A stretch of 50,998 nucleotides of DNA from Candidatus Nanopelagicales bacterium (lineage in GTDB: Bacteria; Actinomycetota; Actinomycetes; S36-B12): the NCBI GenBank assembly GCA_036007925.1, contig DASYOJ010000193.1, forward strand, positions 1 to 50,998. Direction: 5' to 3'. The position numbers and the translations under genes were made by a program. Each line of letters opens with the position of its first letter. Position 1 is the first letter of the stretch. Shown here one piece after another: positions 1 through 9,943 of the stretch. Under the pieces are notes generated by a model that worked only from the letters and a program-made list of their open reading frames with translations, had not been told where the DNA came from and made no database searches.

Positions 1-54
1 CTCGGCCTGATCGTCTGTGCCCATCGCGCTCACCGTGTTAACCGTGCTTATCAT
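1..54 (-). CDS. 5' end of an unidentified CDS running off the left edge (ribD-like by synteny only)
   Basis: The minus-strand ATG at 52-54 overlaps the rpe stop as ATGA. The frame stays open to position 1 (MISTVNTVSAMGTDDQAE...). Only 18 codons are visible, so the product is a guess from the rpe-ribD order in other actinobacteria. Confidence 0.25.
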   Translation of the reverse strand, partial: MISTVNTVSAMGTDDQAE

Positions 55-719
55 GCCGCGCCGGCGGCCAGGGCGCGTAGTCGCTCGACGGTGGCGGCCG
101 GGTCCTCGGATCGGAAAACCGCGGATCCGGCAACGAAGACATTGGCGCCGGCTTCGGCGCAGGACTCGATGGTCTCCGGTCCCACACCCCCATCGACCTG
201 CACCCAGACATCCCCGGCGGCTCGATCGGCCATGGCCCGTGCCCGGCGCACTTTGCTCAACATGTCGGACATGAAGGACTGACCACCGAAACCCGGTTCG
301 ACCGTCATCACCAAGATCATGTCGAGGGCATCGCCCAGGGAATCGAGCATGTCGATGTCGGTTCCCGGTTTCACCGCAGCCCCACTGCGCGCACCAGCGC
401 TACGGATGGCATCGCACAGCACTCGAGGTTCACGGGCCGCCTCAATATGGAACGTGACGCTATAGGCGCCAGCGGTTGCATAGGCCGGGGCCCAGCGATC
501 CGGATCATCGATCATCAAATGGCAGTCGGCTCGGATCCGCTGGTCGCGTAGCAGCGGCTCGATGACCGGTAGCCCGAAAGTCAGGTTCGGCACGAAGTGG
601 TTGTCCATCACATCGAGATGGATCATGTCCGAGACATCGGCAATGCGCTGCACTTCAGCGTGCAAACGCGACAGGTCCGCGTTCAGCACACTCGGCGAGA
701 TCATCGGTGTATCACTCAC
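51..719 (-). CDS. rpe: ribulose-phosphate 3-epimerase
   Basis: 222-aa ORF with HLDVMDNHFVPNLTFG, MTVEPGFGGQSF and VDGGV motifs. The start is either GTG 719 or ATG 704 (MISPSVLNADL). Confidence 0.93.
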   Translation of the reverse strand: MSDTPMISPSVLNADLSRLHAEVQRIADVSDMIHLDVMDNHFVPNLTFGLPVIEPLLRDQRIRADCHLMIDDPDRWAPAYATAGAYSVTFHIEAAREPRVLCDAIRSAGARSGAAVKPGTDIDMLDSLGDALDMILVMTVEPGFGGQSFMSDMLSKVRRARAMADRAAGDVWVQVDGGVGPETIESCAEAGANVFVAGSAVFRSEDPAATVERLRALAAGAA

Positions 720-801
720 CCGCCTAGGCTAATGGGGATTCCAGCACTCCCCGGAGCACTTGCGTCTATCCGGTCGGCCCGAACAGTGAGGACACCACGC
801 G

Positions 802-1575
802 ATGAGCGAGGAACGGTTTGCCAAGGCGATCGAGGTCGCCCACTCAGCCGGAAAGTTGGCCTACGGATACTTCGAACGCGCAGCCGAACTCACCATCGAA
901 CACAAGGGCACCCAGGACCTGGTGAGCGAGGCCGACACCGAGACCGAGGCGCACATCACGAAAGCCCTGCTCGAAGCGTTTCCCGAGGACTCGTTCATGG
1001 GCGAGGAACATGGGCTGACGGAAGGCGCGCCGGGGAGCGGGACCTGGGTAGTCGATCCCATCGACGGAACCCAACCCTTCTTGCTCGGATTGCCGACCTG
1101 GTGCATCTCCATCTCCTACGTCCAAGACGATGAAGTGCAGATTGGCGTCATTCACGCCCCGGCGACCGGCGACACCTACGCAGCACACCGCGGACACGGC
1201 GCAACGCATAACGGGACCCCGATGCACGTTCTCGATGCGACATCGCTGAGCGATGGCTTGACCGGCGTGGGCTGTTCTCGAAAGACCGAACCGGATGACT
1301 TAGCCGAAATCATGCGCCGACTGCTCAGCGCGGGCGGCATGTACCAACGCACCGGGTCAGGGGCAATCAACTTGGCGTACGTCGCCGCCGGTCAGCACAT
1401 CGGCTACGTCGAGATGCACATCCACGCTTGGGACTGTTTGGCCGCTGTGTGTTTGATCGAACAAGCAGGTGGACGGGTGTCGTCGTTCCTGGCCGATTAC
1501 GGCGTGACCGGTGCCGGCCGATTGGTCGCCGGAGCACCGGGGGTCTTCGAACAGCTCGAGGCGTTACTGCCCTGA
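802..1575 (+). CDS. inositol monophosphatase family protein (SuhB/ImpA/HisN-type; subfamily not resolvable by eye)
   Basis: 257-aa ORF with IMPase signatures WVVDPIDGT and HAWDCLAAVCLIEQAGG. A GAGGA lies about 9 nt upstream of ATG 802. Confidence 0.85.
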   Translation: MSEERFAKAIEVAHSAGKLAYGYFERAAELTIEHKGTQDLVSEADTETEAHITKALLEAFPEDSFMGEEHGLTEGAPGSGTWVVDPIDGTQPFLLGLPTWCISISYVQDDEVQIGVIHAPATGDTYAAHRGHGATHNGTPMHVLDATSLSDGLTGVGCSRKTEPDDLAEIMRRLLSAGGMYQRTGSGAINLAYVAAGQHIGYVEMHIHAWDCLAAVCLIEQAGGRVSSFLADYGVTGAGRLVAGAPGVFEQLEALLP

Positions 1576-1579
1576 CCCC

Positions 1580-2929
1580 TCACACGCGCCGCAAGATCGC
1601 GATGAACATGGCGTCGGTGCCGTGTAGGTGCGGCCACAACTGCACATGGGGCCCAGGTCCGAGATCTTGCACAGTGGGCAGCAGCGCACGGGCGTCCTCC
1701 TCGACGATGTCCTCACGGGTCATCAGCGCAGAGTCGATCACCCCGCGAGTTTCGGCGAGGTGCGGAGAACACGTGACGTAGGCCAGCACTCCCCCACGCC
1801 GTAGCGACGCAACCGCGGTATCGAGCAACGAGTGTTGCAAACCGGTCAGTTGGCGCACATCCGTTGGCTGCCGACGCCAACGTGCCTCGGGGCGGCGGCG
1901 CAGCGCACCAAGGCCGGTGCATGGCGCATCGAGCAGTATCCGATCAAAGAACCTGTTACCCCACGGACGAGTGGTGGCGTCGGCCACTTCGATCTCGATC
2001 GGAACTTGGGTGCCGACACTGGATCGCACCAGGTCGGCGCGGTGTGGGTGTAACTCGACTGCCAGCAGCCCCACCCCTTCCCGGCGGGCAGCGTCGGCCA
2101 GCAACGCGGCTTTGCCGCCCGGGCCGGCGCACATATCCAGCCAAGCCGATTCCGGAGGATCGACCGCGGCGGCTAGGAGCACTTGCACCGCGAGTTGACT
2201 GCCTTCGTCTTGCACGATGGCGCGGGCGTCGCGCAGCAATTCGGACCTATTCGGGATGACCGTGTCGAGCACCCGGGCGCTGGGAATCCACCGGGCCGGG
2301 GATGTCCCCTCGAGGTCGGTGTCCACCACCTCCCCGCGGAGGGCAATCGTCGGTTTCGCCGGGATGTTGTCCGCGGCGAGCACCGCCACTAGCTCCTCGT
2401 CACTTACCGGTTGCTTCCGATGACCAGACCACGCTTCACGAACGGCGCGCACTATCCATTCCGGATGCGAGGTGGCAACGGCAACCGCGGCGTCTCCGGT
2501 GAGCTGCTCGGTGCAGATGCGTTGCCACTGCTCAAGGTCGTGCCGCGCGACTTTGCGCAATACGGCATTGATGAATCCGACCCGACCGGTATCGGTAATG
2601 CCCAGTGCGCGAGCTAGGCCGCAGGATGAGTCGACCGCAGCGTGATCGGGCACCCGCATGCTGAGTATCTGGTGGGTGCCCAACCGCAAGATGTCCAACA
2701 ACTGTGGGTCAATCTCCCCAGTGGGCCGGGTGGAGCAGGCGTCGATGACTGCGTCGTAGAGCCCGCGCATCCGCAAGGTGCCGTACGCCAGGTCGGTGGC
2801 GAAGGCGGCATCGCGCCCGCTTAGGGACCAACGATCCAGGGTGCGGGGCCAGACGACGTTCGCGTATGCGTCTTCGGTGCGCACCGCTTCGAGGAGTTCG
2901 AGTGCCGCGCGCCTGCTGTCAGTGGACAT
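1580..2929 (-). CDS. rsmB: 16S rRNA (cytosine967-C5)-methyltransferase RsmB/Sun
   Basis: NusB-like N-terminus followed by DMCAGPGGKA (SAM site), LLDAPCTGLGALRRRPE and YVTCSP. Start trimmed to ATG 2929 (MSTDSRRAALELL), which overlaps the fmt stop by 11 nt. Confidence 0.9.
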   Translation of the reverse strand: MSTDSRRAALELLEAVRTEDAYANVVWPRTLDRWSLSGRDAAFATDLAYGTLRMRGLYDAVIDACSTRPTGEIDPQLLDILRLGTHQILSMRVPDHAAVDSSCGLARALGITDTGRVGFINAVLRKVARHDLEQWQRICTEQLTGDAAVAVATSHPEWIVRAVREAWSGHRKQPVSDEELVAVLAADNIPAKPTIALRGEVVDTDLEGTSPARWIPSARVLDTVIPNRSELLRDARAIVQDEGSQLAVQVLLAAAVDPPESAWLDMCAGPGGKAALLADAARREGVGLLAVELHPHRADLVRSSVGTQVPIEIEVADATTRPWGNRFFDRILLDAPCTGLGALRRRPEARWRRQPTDVRQLTGLQHSLLDTAVASLRRGGVLAYVTCSPHLAETRGVIDSALMTREDIVEEDARALLPTVQDLGPGPHVQLWPHLHGTDAMFIAILRRV

Positions 2930-3857
2930 GCAACTCACCGGTGCGCAGCCCGCGGATCCACGCATCGGCCGCCATCCACTTCTTGCCGGCCGGTTGCACC
3001 TGATCGATTTCCAGGTGGCCACAGGCCGCGGCGATCACAACACGCTTGCCGTCGAGGCGGATGGATCCGGGTTCGCCGAATCCTTCCGATGACGAAGCAA
3101 CTACCGCGGCCGGCACGCCGATGCGTAGGCGTTCACCATCGAATGTGGTCCACGCTCCCGGAGCGGGTGTGCAGGCTCGGATACTCCTGTCGATATCGAT
3201 GGCGGGGCGCTGCCAGTCGATCCGGGCGTCATCCACGCTCAGTCGCGGCGCCGAAGAGGCGCCCTCGCTGGACTGAGGGGTCGCTTGGATTTCCCCTGTG
3301 GCCAGCGCGTCCATGGTCTCCACCAGTAGTTCGGCTCCCATCGGTGCTAGCCGGTCGAGCAAGTGCCCTGAGTCCTCACGCTCACCGATTTCGACATCGG
3401 GTGAGGTGAGCAACACCGGTCCGGTGTCGAGACCTTGGTCGATACGAAAGGTGGTAACCGCCGTCGTGGAATCACCGTGGGCGATGGCATGTTGAACCGG
3501 CGCAGCCCCCCGCCAGCGCGGGAGTCGCGAAAAGTGCGCATTGATCCACCCCCATCGGGGAATTTCCAGCAGGTTCTCGGGTACCAGCAATCCGTAGGCC
3601 ACGACGGCGACGACATCCGCATCCCAACCACGCAACGTGTCGGCGATACCGTCGAGCCGTTCGGGGGTGTGAACATCGAGCCCGATGTGCCGAGCGGCTA
3701 CCGCAACCGCGCTGGGCTGCAGAGCGCGACCTCGTCCAGCGCGCGCATCGGGCTTTGTGAGCACCGCAACCACCTGATGCTGCGATGCCAGTAGGGCTTC
3801 CAGCGCCGGTACTGCCACCTGCGGAGTACCCGCGAAGACGACGCGCAGGGACGTCAC
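2919..3857 (-). CDS. fmt: methionyl-tRNA formyltransferase
   Basis: RVVFAGTPQVAVP N-terminus and HFSRLPRWRGAAPVQHAI motif. Start trimmed to GTG 3857, which forms a GTGA overlap with the def stop. Confidence 0.92.
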   Translation of the reverse strand: MTSLRVVFAGTPQVAVPALEALLASQHQVVAVLTKPDARAGRGRALQPSAVAVAARHIGLDVHTPERLDGIADTLRGWDADVVAVVAYGLLVPENLLEIPRWGWINAHFSRLPRWRGAAPVQHAIAHGDSTTAVTTFRIDQGLDTGPVLLTSPDVEIGEREDSGHLLDRLAPMGAELLVETMDALATGEIQATPQSSEGASSAPRLSVDDARIDWQRPAIDIDRSIRACTPAPGAWTTFDGERLRIGVPAAVVASSSEGFGEPGSIRLDGKRVVIAAACGHLEIDQVQPAGKKWMAADAWIRGLRTGELHVH

Positions 3858-4405
3858 AGCCACCGCGACGATTGCGGGTGCGGACTCACCTTGACGGTAA
3901 GCGGATCGGCACCGAACCACTCCGATTCGCGGATCGCCTTCATCGCTTCCTTACGAGTTTGCGGATCGAGTCGATCGATGAACACGATTCCATCGAGATG
4001 GTCGGTCTCATGCTGCACGCACCGCGCCAGTAGATCGCTGCCCTCCAACGTGATCGGCTCTCCATGCATATTCATACCCTTGGCCACCACACTCTTGGCG
4101 CGCTTGCACTCGAAGGCGAGGTCGGGAACCGATAGGCAGCCTTCCTCGCCGTCCTGCTGTTCATCGGAGAGGTCCAGTACCGGGTTGACTAGATGGCCGA
4201 GCTCGTCGTCCACCCAATAGGTGAATACCCGCAACGAAACGCCCAGTTGTGGCGCCGCCAAACCCACTCCGGGGGCGTCTTGCATGGTCTCGGTGAGGTC
4301 CTGGACGAGTTTGCGTAATTCCTTGTCGAAATCGACGACCTCAGCAGCCGGGCTGCGCAGGACCGGATCTCCGTAGAGCCGGATCGGGATAACGCTCATC
4401 GCCAC
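3854..4405 (-). CDS. def: peptide deformylase
   Basis: GVGLAAPQLG, EGCLSVP and QHETDHLDG metal-site motifs. The start is GTG 4405 or ATG 4399. Confidence 0.95.
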   Translation of the reverse strand: MAMSVIPIRLYGDPVLRSPAAEVVDFDKELRKLVQDLTETMQDAPGVGLAAPQLGVSLRVFTYWVDDELGHLVNPVLDLSDEQQDGEEGCLSVPDLAFECKRAKSVVAKGMNMHGEPITLEGSDLLARCVQHETDHLDGIVFIDRLDPQTRKEAMKAIRESEWFGADPLTVKVSPHPQSSRWL

Positions 4406-4432
4406 CTAGTTTAGGCAGCCCGAATGAGCACC

Positions 4433-6397
4433 TCACATGTCCCGCGGGTCCATCCGTACTCGCACATCGCGAGCCGGCCCCTCATCGGTGGAGGCGGTGC
4501 GCACAGCGGCCCCGAGTTCAGCGGTGAGCGTGCTGGCATATCGACGTTCAACGACGACGAAACTGCGCACATCGCGCCGACCCGACGGGTCATCGAGCGC
4601 CACCGGGCCCAACACCCGGTGCGGCACTGCCAATGATTCGACGAAGCGCGTCACCCCTGCAGACGGACCGGTCAACTCCGCGACCCTGGTGACCGGCGGC
4701 AAGCCGACGGCTCGACGTTCATCGATTTGACGATCGGCGAACCATCGGGAGTCGTACCGAATCAACGCCTGCACCCCCGCGCGATCGGGTTCGGCGACGA
4801 TGCACACCCAACCACCAGCACGCACCGCCGCAGCCGCTGAGAACCATCGGCGTATCTGCTGCTCCGGGCCGGTCAGTGTGGCGGGCGCGACGCGGGCGTC
4901 AAGCAACACCACCGCGGCGTAACCGTGTGCGGCAACGGGTTCGGCACCCGGCGTGGCAACCACCACCGCCGGTTCATCACCGACTTCGCGAACGATCCGC
5001 TCGGCTTGGGACCACACGACGGGCACACCCGGGAAGGCCTTGCCGAGCTCCTCTGCCGTCCGGCCAGCACCCACCGCCACCGCCCGCAGGCCGGTCTCCT
5101 GACAGTTGGGGCACGCCCAGCCGCCGGCCAGAGCCCCGCAACGAACGCAGGAGGGAACCGCGTGGCCGGAGGTCGCGTGCAATCCCCCCGCACAATCCGC
5201 ACGCACACAGGTGGCTACCTCCCGACAGTTTTGGCACGCCAAGATCGGTACGTACCCGCGGCGCATCACTTGGAACAGCACCGGGCCTTCGGCCAGCGCC
5301 CGCTGAGCCACCTGCCAGGCCGCAGTCGGGATGCGGGCGCTGCCGGCCGCCGGATCACGGGCGACCTCGCGATCGTCGATCGCCTGCACTTGCCACCACG
5401 AAGGCCGCACCGGCTCCACACCCAGCGCCCACCCGGATCGACACCACCACTGGGTGGCAACCGAGCGGGCAGGCGCCCCGACGAACAGATCGAGGCCGCT
5501 CAGGTGGGAGCGCAACGCCGCGACCTCGCGTGCGTCCCAGTAGGGCGCGTGTGGATCGCGGTAGACGTCGTCGCCGTCGTCCCACACGATGATCGCGCCC
5601 AAGTCCTTGACCGGAGCGAAGACGGCGTTGCGGGTACCCACGACTACTCGAGCCACACCGGTGCGCGCGCGCAGAAACTCCCGGTAGCGGCGTTCAGGTC
5701 CGTGATCGGCGGCGAGCACAGCAACTTCTGGTTTGCCGAATACGGCGGTGAGCCGTGCATGAACCCGCTCGACATCTGCAGCATCTGGCAAGACCACCAC
5801 CACGCCAGCACCTCGTTGACGGGCGGCTATCACTAGGTCGGTGATCTCGGCGACTGCATCGCTCGCGGGGGCCGATGACCACACCACACGCTTGGGCGAG
5901 GCCTCTTGGGAGGGCCAGGTGTAGTTCTCCCACACACTTCGATCCCGCTCTGGCAGGACGACCGACTCCGAGCCCGAATCAGCTGGTTGCGCCGGCTGGG
6001 CGAGGAGGGCTGTCACCGACTTCTCGGCGCGCGCGTGCCGGGCCGGGACAGCCGCTCGGGCAACGTCCCAAAAACTACCGACATAGCGCTCGGCGGTGTG
6101 CTGAACGAGTTCCAGCGTCTCTTCGGTCAACGGCGCGATGGCATCGACCACTCGTTCGATAGGCCGGGGGTCGGCGACATCCGCGTGCGGGAGGCGGGCA
6201 AGGACGTACGCATCGCGCAACCGGCCCGCGAAGCGCACCCGGACCCGAGCGCCGGGGATCGCCGCAGCGTCGAACGCAGGTGGAACGAGGTAGTCGAAGT
6301 CACGGTCGAGGTGGCGGACCGATAGGTCTACCCGGACCCGAGCGATCGGGTCCACCGGCCCAGCGGCGGGCCGATCGTTGTCGGACTCGCTAGACAC
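4433..6397 (-). CDS. priA: primosomal protein N' (PriA) family protein with degenerate ATPase motifs
   Basis: [12 protein letters not shown]-terminal wing, [11 protein letters not shown], and a Cys-rich zinc region CQNC...C..C...CVRC...CPNC. The start is uncertain: GTG 6397 (8-nt overlap with the metK stop), GTG 6355, or the ORF-track maximum at 6457. Confidence 0.85.
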   Translation of the reverse strand: MSSESDNDRPAAGPVDPIARVRVDLSVRHLDRDFDYLVPPAFDAAAIPGARVRVRFAGRLRDAYVLARLPHADVADPRPIERVVDAIAPLTEETLELVQHTAERYVGSFWDVARAAVPARHARAEKSVTALLAQPAQPADSGSESVVLPERDRSVWENYTWPSQEASPKRVVWSSAPASDAVAEITDLVIAARQRGAGVVVVLPDAADVERVHARLTAVFGKPEVAVLAADHGPERRYREFLRARTGVARVVVGTRNAVFAPVKDLGAIIVWDDGDDVYRDPHAPYWDAREVAALRSHLSGLDLFVGAPARSVATQWWCRSGWALGVEPVRPSWWQVQAIDDREVARDPAAGSARIPTAAWQVAQRALAEGPVLFQVMRRGYVPILACQNCREVATCVRADCAGGLHATSGHAVPSCVRCGALAGGWACPNCQETGLRAVAVGAGRTAEELGKAFPGVPVVWSQAERIVREVGDEPAVVVATPGAEPVAAHGYAAVVLLDARVAPATLTGPEQQIRRWFSAAAAVRAGGWVCIVAEPDRAGVQALIRYDSRWFADRQIDERRAVGLPPVTRVAELTGPSAGVTRFVESLAVPHRVLGPVALDDPSGRRDVRSFVVVERRYASTLTAELGAAVRTASTDEGPARDVRVRMDPRDM

Positions 6398-7640
6398 CCG
6401 CAGCGGCACGCAGATCTTGCGCGCGGTCGGTGTTCTCCCAGGTGAATGTCGGGCCAACGGTGGTGCGGGCCGCCGGATCGTCGGAGTTGAGCAGTTGATT
6501 CACGCCCTGGGGACGCCCGAAGTGGCCGTAGGCACTGGTGATTCGATAGATGGGCCGCAGCAGGTCAAGGTCGCGAATGATGGCGGCCGGGCGTAGATCG
6601 AAGACCTTCAACACGGCATCTTGGATCATTTCGTCGGGGATCACACCGGTGCCGAAGGTCTCCACGAAGACGCCAACCGGATGGGAAACACCGATGGCGT
6701 AGGCCACCTGGACTTCACAACGACTTGCCAAACCGGCGGCGACGACGTTCTTCGCAACCCAGCGCATCGCGTAGGTGGCCGAGCGATCTACCTTGGAAGG
6801 GTCCTTGCCCGAGAACGCACCGCCACCGTGTCGGGCCATGCCACCGTAGGTATCGACGATGATCTTGCGTCCGGTCAGACCAGCATCGCCCATCGGACCA
6901 CCCACCTCGAAGCGACCGGTCGGATTGACCAGCAGCCGGTAGTCGCGGGAGTCGATGTCGAAGGTCTGCAAGACCGGCTCCACCACCTGGGAACGGATAT
7001 CAGGGTCGAGGGTCTTGTCGAGGTCGATATGCGCGGCATGCTGGCTACTCACGACGATGGTGTCGATGCCCATCGGCTTGTCGTTCTCGTCGTAGCGGAT
7101 GGTGACTTGGGTCTTGCCGTCTGGGCGCAGGTAATCCAGCGTGCCGTCTTTGCGCTTGGCGGTCAGCTGTTCGCTGAGTCGGTGCGCCATCGAGATCGGT
7201 AACGGCATCAACTCCGCGGTGTCAGTGCAGGCGTAGCCGAACATCAGCCCCTGGTCACCGGCACCTTGGCGATCCAACGGATCCTCGCTGCCGTCCGCGC
7301 GCTCTTCGTAGGCGTCATCGACCCCTTGCGCGATATCGGGAGACTGCTTACCGATCGAGACGCTGATCCCACAGGACTCACCGTCGAAGCCCTTGACCGA
7401 AGAGTCGTACCCAATGCCGATGACCGCTTGCCGCACCAAGTTCATGACATCGGCGAAGCCTTCGGTGGTGACCTCACCGGCGACGTGCACCTGACCGGTG
7501 GTCAGCATCGTTTCCACTGCGACTCGACTGCGGGGGTCTTGCCGCAGGAGGTCATCGAGGATGGCGTCGCTGATCTGATCAGCCATCTTGTCCGGATGGC
7601 CTTCGGTCACTGACTCGGAGGTAAACAGGCGGTGCGGCAC
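6390..7640 (-). CDS. metK: S-adenosylmethionine synthase
   Basis: [22 protein letters not shown] and [16 protein letters not shown] motifs. GTG start with a GGGAG 5 nt upstream. Confidence 0.97.
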   Translation of the reverse strand: MPHRLFTSESVTEGHPDKMADQISDAILDDLLRQDPRSRVAVETMLTTGQVHVAGEVTTEGFADVMNLVRQAVIGIGYDSSVKGFDGESCGISVSIGKQSPDIAQGVDDAYEERADGSEDPLDRQGAGDQGLMFGYACTDTAELMPLPISMAHRLSEQLTAKRKDGTLDYLRPDGKTQVTIRYDENDKPMGIDTIVVSSQHAAHIDLDKTLDPDIRSQVVEPVLQTFDIDSRDYRLLVNPTGRFEVGGPMGDAGLTGRKIIVDTYGGMARHGGGAFSGKDPSKVDRSATYAMRWVAKNVVAAGLASRCEVQVAYAIGVSHPVGVFVETFGTGVIPDEMIQDAVLKVFDLRPAAIIRDLDLLRPIYRITSAYGHFGRPQGVNQLLNSDDPAARTTVGPTFTWENTDRAQDLRAAAGV

Positions 7641-7697
7641 AACACTCCCTAGATCGTGAACACGGGGCGATGGGGAGCTCCCCCCGCAAAGGTCGCG

Positions 7698-8960
7698 TCA
7701 GTCTAGCGAGATGTGGTCCGTGGGACCGGTGCTGGCGATCGTGTCCCACAGCGCATGGCCTACGGCCGCCTTGTCCACCCCTTCGAGGTGTGCGCGAACC
7801 CCGTGGGTATCCACGATGACCACGGACGTGGTGGCCTGCCCGAAAACTGCCCCGCCGGTGATCTCGTTAGCGACGAGATAGTCACAACCCTTGCGCTCGA
7901 TCTTGGCGAGCGCGCGCTGCTCGAGCGTTTGTCCCTCGGCGGGCGCTTCCGCGGCAAAACCCACGATCACCGGCGTGGCCCGGGAGCCACGCTTGCCGAC
8001 CAACTCGGCCAGGATGTCGGTCGTGCGCTCGAGTGGAAGTTCGGGTGCCGATAAGTCGGCCGATTCCTTGTCGAGGGATTCTTTTGTGATCTTGCCGCCT
8101 GCTTGCTTCGCGGGGCGGAAATCGGCGACGGCCGCGGCCATCACGACGATGTCAGGCTCGCGCTCGGCGATGGTGGCGTGCATCGCCTCGCGCAATTCCT
8201 CGGCGCTGCCAGCACGCACCGACCAGCAACCAGCGGGTGGCTGCCCATCGACATCGGCCACGACGAGATCTACCAAGGCGCCACGGATCAATGCACTGCG
8301 GGCCAGAGCGAAGCCTTGACGTCCGCTACTGCGGTTACCGAGATACCGAACGTCATCCCACGGTTCCCGGGTACCCCCGACGCTGATCAACACCCGTTTT
8401 CCCTGCAGATCTGGGGCCAACGGACGCGGATGTCGGCGAAGCACCTCGAATGTGGTCTCCACGATTGCCGAGGGATCAGGTAATCGCCCGGGTCCGGAGT
8501 CGGTGCCAGTGAGTCGCCCGATGGCGGGCTCAAGCACGATAGCCCCGCGTTCGCGCAGGAGCCGAACGTTGGCCTGGGTAGCCGGGTGGTGCCACATTTC
8601 GGTATGCATGGCCGGAGCGATGACCACCGGGCAGGTCGCGGTGAGGAGAACATTCGTCACCAGGTCACTGGCGATTCCGTGTGCCGCACGAGCAAGGAAA
8701 TCAGCAGTGGCCGGCGCGATGACCACTGCGTCGGCTTGCTGGCCGAGTTTTACGTGGCGCACTTCTTGTGCGCCTGTCCATACATCGCTGGCTACGCGCC
8801 GGCCAGAAAGCGCCGACCAGGTCGCCTCGCCGACGAAACGCAGTGCCGCATCGGTGGGAACGACGGTGACGTCTACTCCCGATTCGCGCAGTTCTCGCAG
8901 GATTTCAACCGCCTTGTAAGCGGCGATGCCTCCGGTAACACCCAGGACCACCCGGGTCAT
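7698..8960 (-). CDS. coaBC: bifunctional phosphopantothenoylcysteine decarboxylase / phosphopantothenate-cysteine ligase
   Basis: N-terminal flavoprotein GVTGGIAAYK plus C-terminal CoaB ISVGGTREPWDDVRYLGNRSSG. 420 aa. Confidence 0.95.
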   Translation of the reverse strand: MTRVVLGVTGGIAAYKAVEILRELRESGVDVTVVPTDAALRFVGEATWSALSGRRVASDVWTGAQEVRHVKLGQQADAVVIAPATADFLARAAHGIASDLVTNVLLTATCPVVIAPAMHTEMWHHPATQANVRLLRERGAIVLEPAIGRLTGTDSGPGRLPDPSAIVETTFEVLRRHPRPLAPDLQGKRVLISVGGTREPWDDVRYLGNRSSGRQGFALARSALIRGALVDLVVADVDGQPPAGCWSVRAGSAEELREAMHATIAEREPDIVVMAAAVADFRPAKQAGGKITKESLDKESADLSAPELPLERTTDILAELVGKRGSRATPVIVGFAAEAPAEGQTLEQRALAKIERKGCDYLVANEITGGAVFGQATTSVVIVDTHGVRAHLEGVDKAAVGHALWDTIASTGPTDHISLD

Positions 8961-8978
8961 GGCACGGGACCGACCCGC

Positions 8979-9365
8979 CTACTCAGATTCCTCAGGAGCG
9001 GCGAACGGATCGATCGGAGCTCGAGGTTCACCGGCATCGGAAGACTCGGCCGCCTGGGTAGCAGCAGCGGCCTCTTGGGCCGGATCGAACGGCTCCGCAG
9101 TCAACAGGCCCGCGTCGATTTCGCGCATCGCGATCGATAGCGGCTTTTCTTGAACGTAGGTCTCGACGAGGGGCCCCACATACTCCAACAGGCCCTCCCC
9201 GAGCTGGGAGTAGTACGCGTTGATCTGCCGCGCCCGCTTGGCGGCATAACTCACGAGTGAGTACTTGGAGTCGGTCTTCTCCAGGAGATCGTCGATCGAG
9301 GGATAGGTAATGCCCTCGGGTTGGGATGTCACAGGATGCGCCCCATTCGTGAAGATGACTGTCAT
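8979..9365 (-). CDS. rpoZ: DNA-directed RNA polymerase subunit omega
   Basis: [20 protein letters not shown] core. Start trimmed to ATG 9365, which forms an ATGA overlap with the gmk stop. Confidence 0.9.
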   Translation of the reverse strand: MTVIFTNGAHPVTSQPEGITYPSIDDLLEKTDSKYSLVSYAAKRARQINAYYSQLGEGLLEYVGPLVETYVQEKPLSIAMREIDAGLLTAEPFDPAQEAAAATQAAESSDAGEPRAPIDPFAAPEESE

Positions 9366-9943
9366 GCAGATGACGGTGCCTGATCGGCGGAGCCCGACAA
9401 GCCCGCTGAGTCTAGCAAGGCCTGTGCGCACTGGGAGACGTCGGCATTGACCAGGACATAGTCAAACTCGGCTGCGGCCTGCAATTCCTCCTGAGCGGCC
9501 TGGAGCCGGCGCTCCACTGCTGCTGGGTCCTCGGTCCCTCTTCCGGCGAGGCGGGCCCGCAACGTGGCTTCGCTCGGCGGGGCAAGAAACACCAAAGTGG
9601 CATCCGGGGCCGCCTGGCGCACCTGGCGGGCACCTTGCACTTCGATCTCCAAGAGCACCGGCCGGCCGGCGGCGCGCTGCTTGGCTACCGGTCCCCTAAG
9701 AGTTCCGTAGCGGTTACCTGCGTACTGCGCCCACTCCAGTAATTCCCCTTCCTCGCGAAGTTGATCGAATCGTGCGTCGTCACAGAAGAAGTAGTCGGTG
9801 CCGTCTACCTCGCCTGGTCGCGGAGCCCGTGTTGTGGCCGAGACCGATAACCACACATGCGGGTTACGTCGAAGTACTTCGGCAACAACTGTGCTCTTAC
9901 CGACTCCCGAGGGACCACTCACAACGATCAAGGGCGCGATCAT
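9362..9943 (-). CDS. gmk: guanylate kinase
   Basis: [20 protein letters not shown]-loop at the N-terminus. ATG 9943 forms an ATGA overlap with the pyrF stop. The 88-aa upstream extension in the ORF track is R/P/H-rich and overlaps pyrF. Confidence 0.93.
   Translation of the reverse strand: MIAPLIVVSGPSGVGKSTVVAEVLRRNPHVWLSVSATTRAPRPGEVDGTDYFFCDDARFDQLREEGELLEWAQYAGNRYGTLRGPVAKQRAAGRPVLLEIEVQGARQVRQAAPDATLVFLAPPSEATLRARLAGRGTEDPAAVERRLQAAQEELQAAAEFDYVLVNADVSQCAQALLDSAGLSGSADQAPSSA

Noticed and set aside
4876-5836. Plus-strand ORFs of 238 and 303 aa inside priA.
   Set aside because: They lie antisense to priA. They are extremely Arg/Pro-rich, have no recognisable motifs and no SD. They are typical GC-driven open frames.
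7641-7697. A possible SAM riboswitch or operator upstream of metK. It includes a perfect 12-nt palindrome GGGGAGCTCCCC at 7672-7683.
   Set aside because: The spacer is only 57 nt, too short for any SAM riboswitch class I know. The palindrome can form at most a 4-bp hairpin and has no U-tract. It might be a protein site, but I have no supporting evidence.
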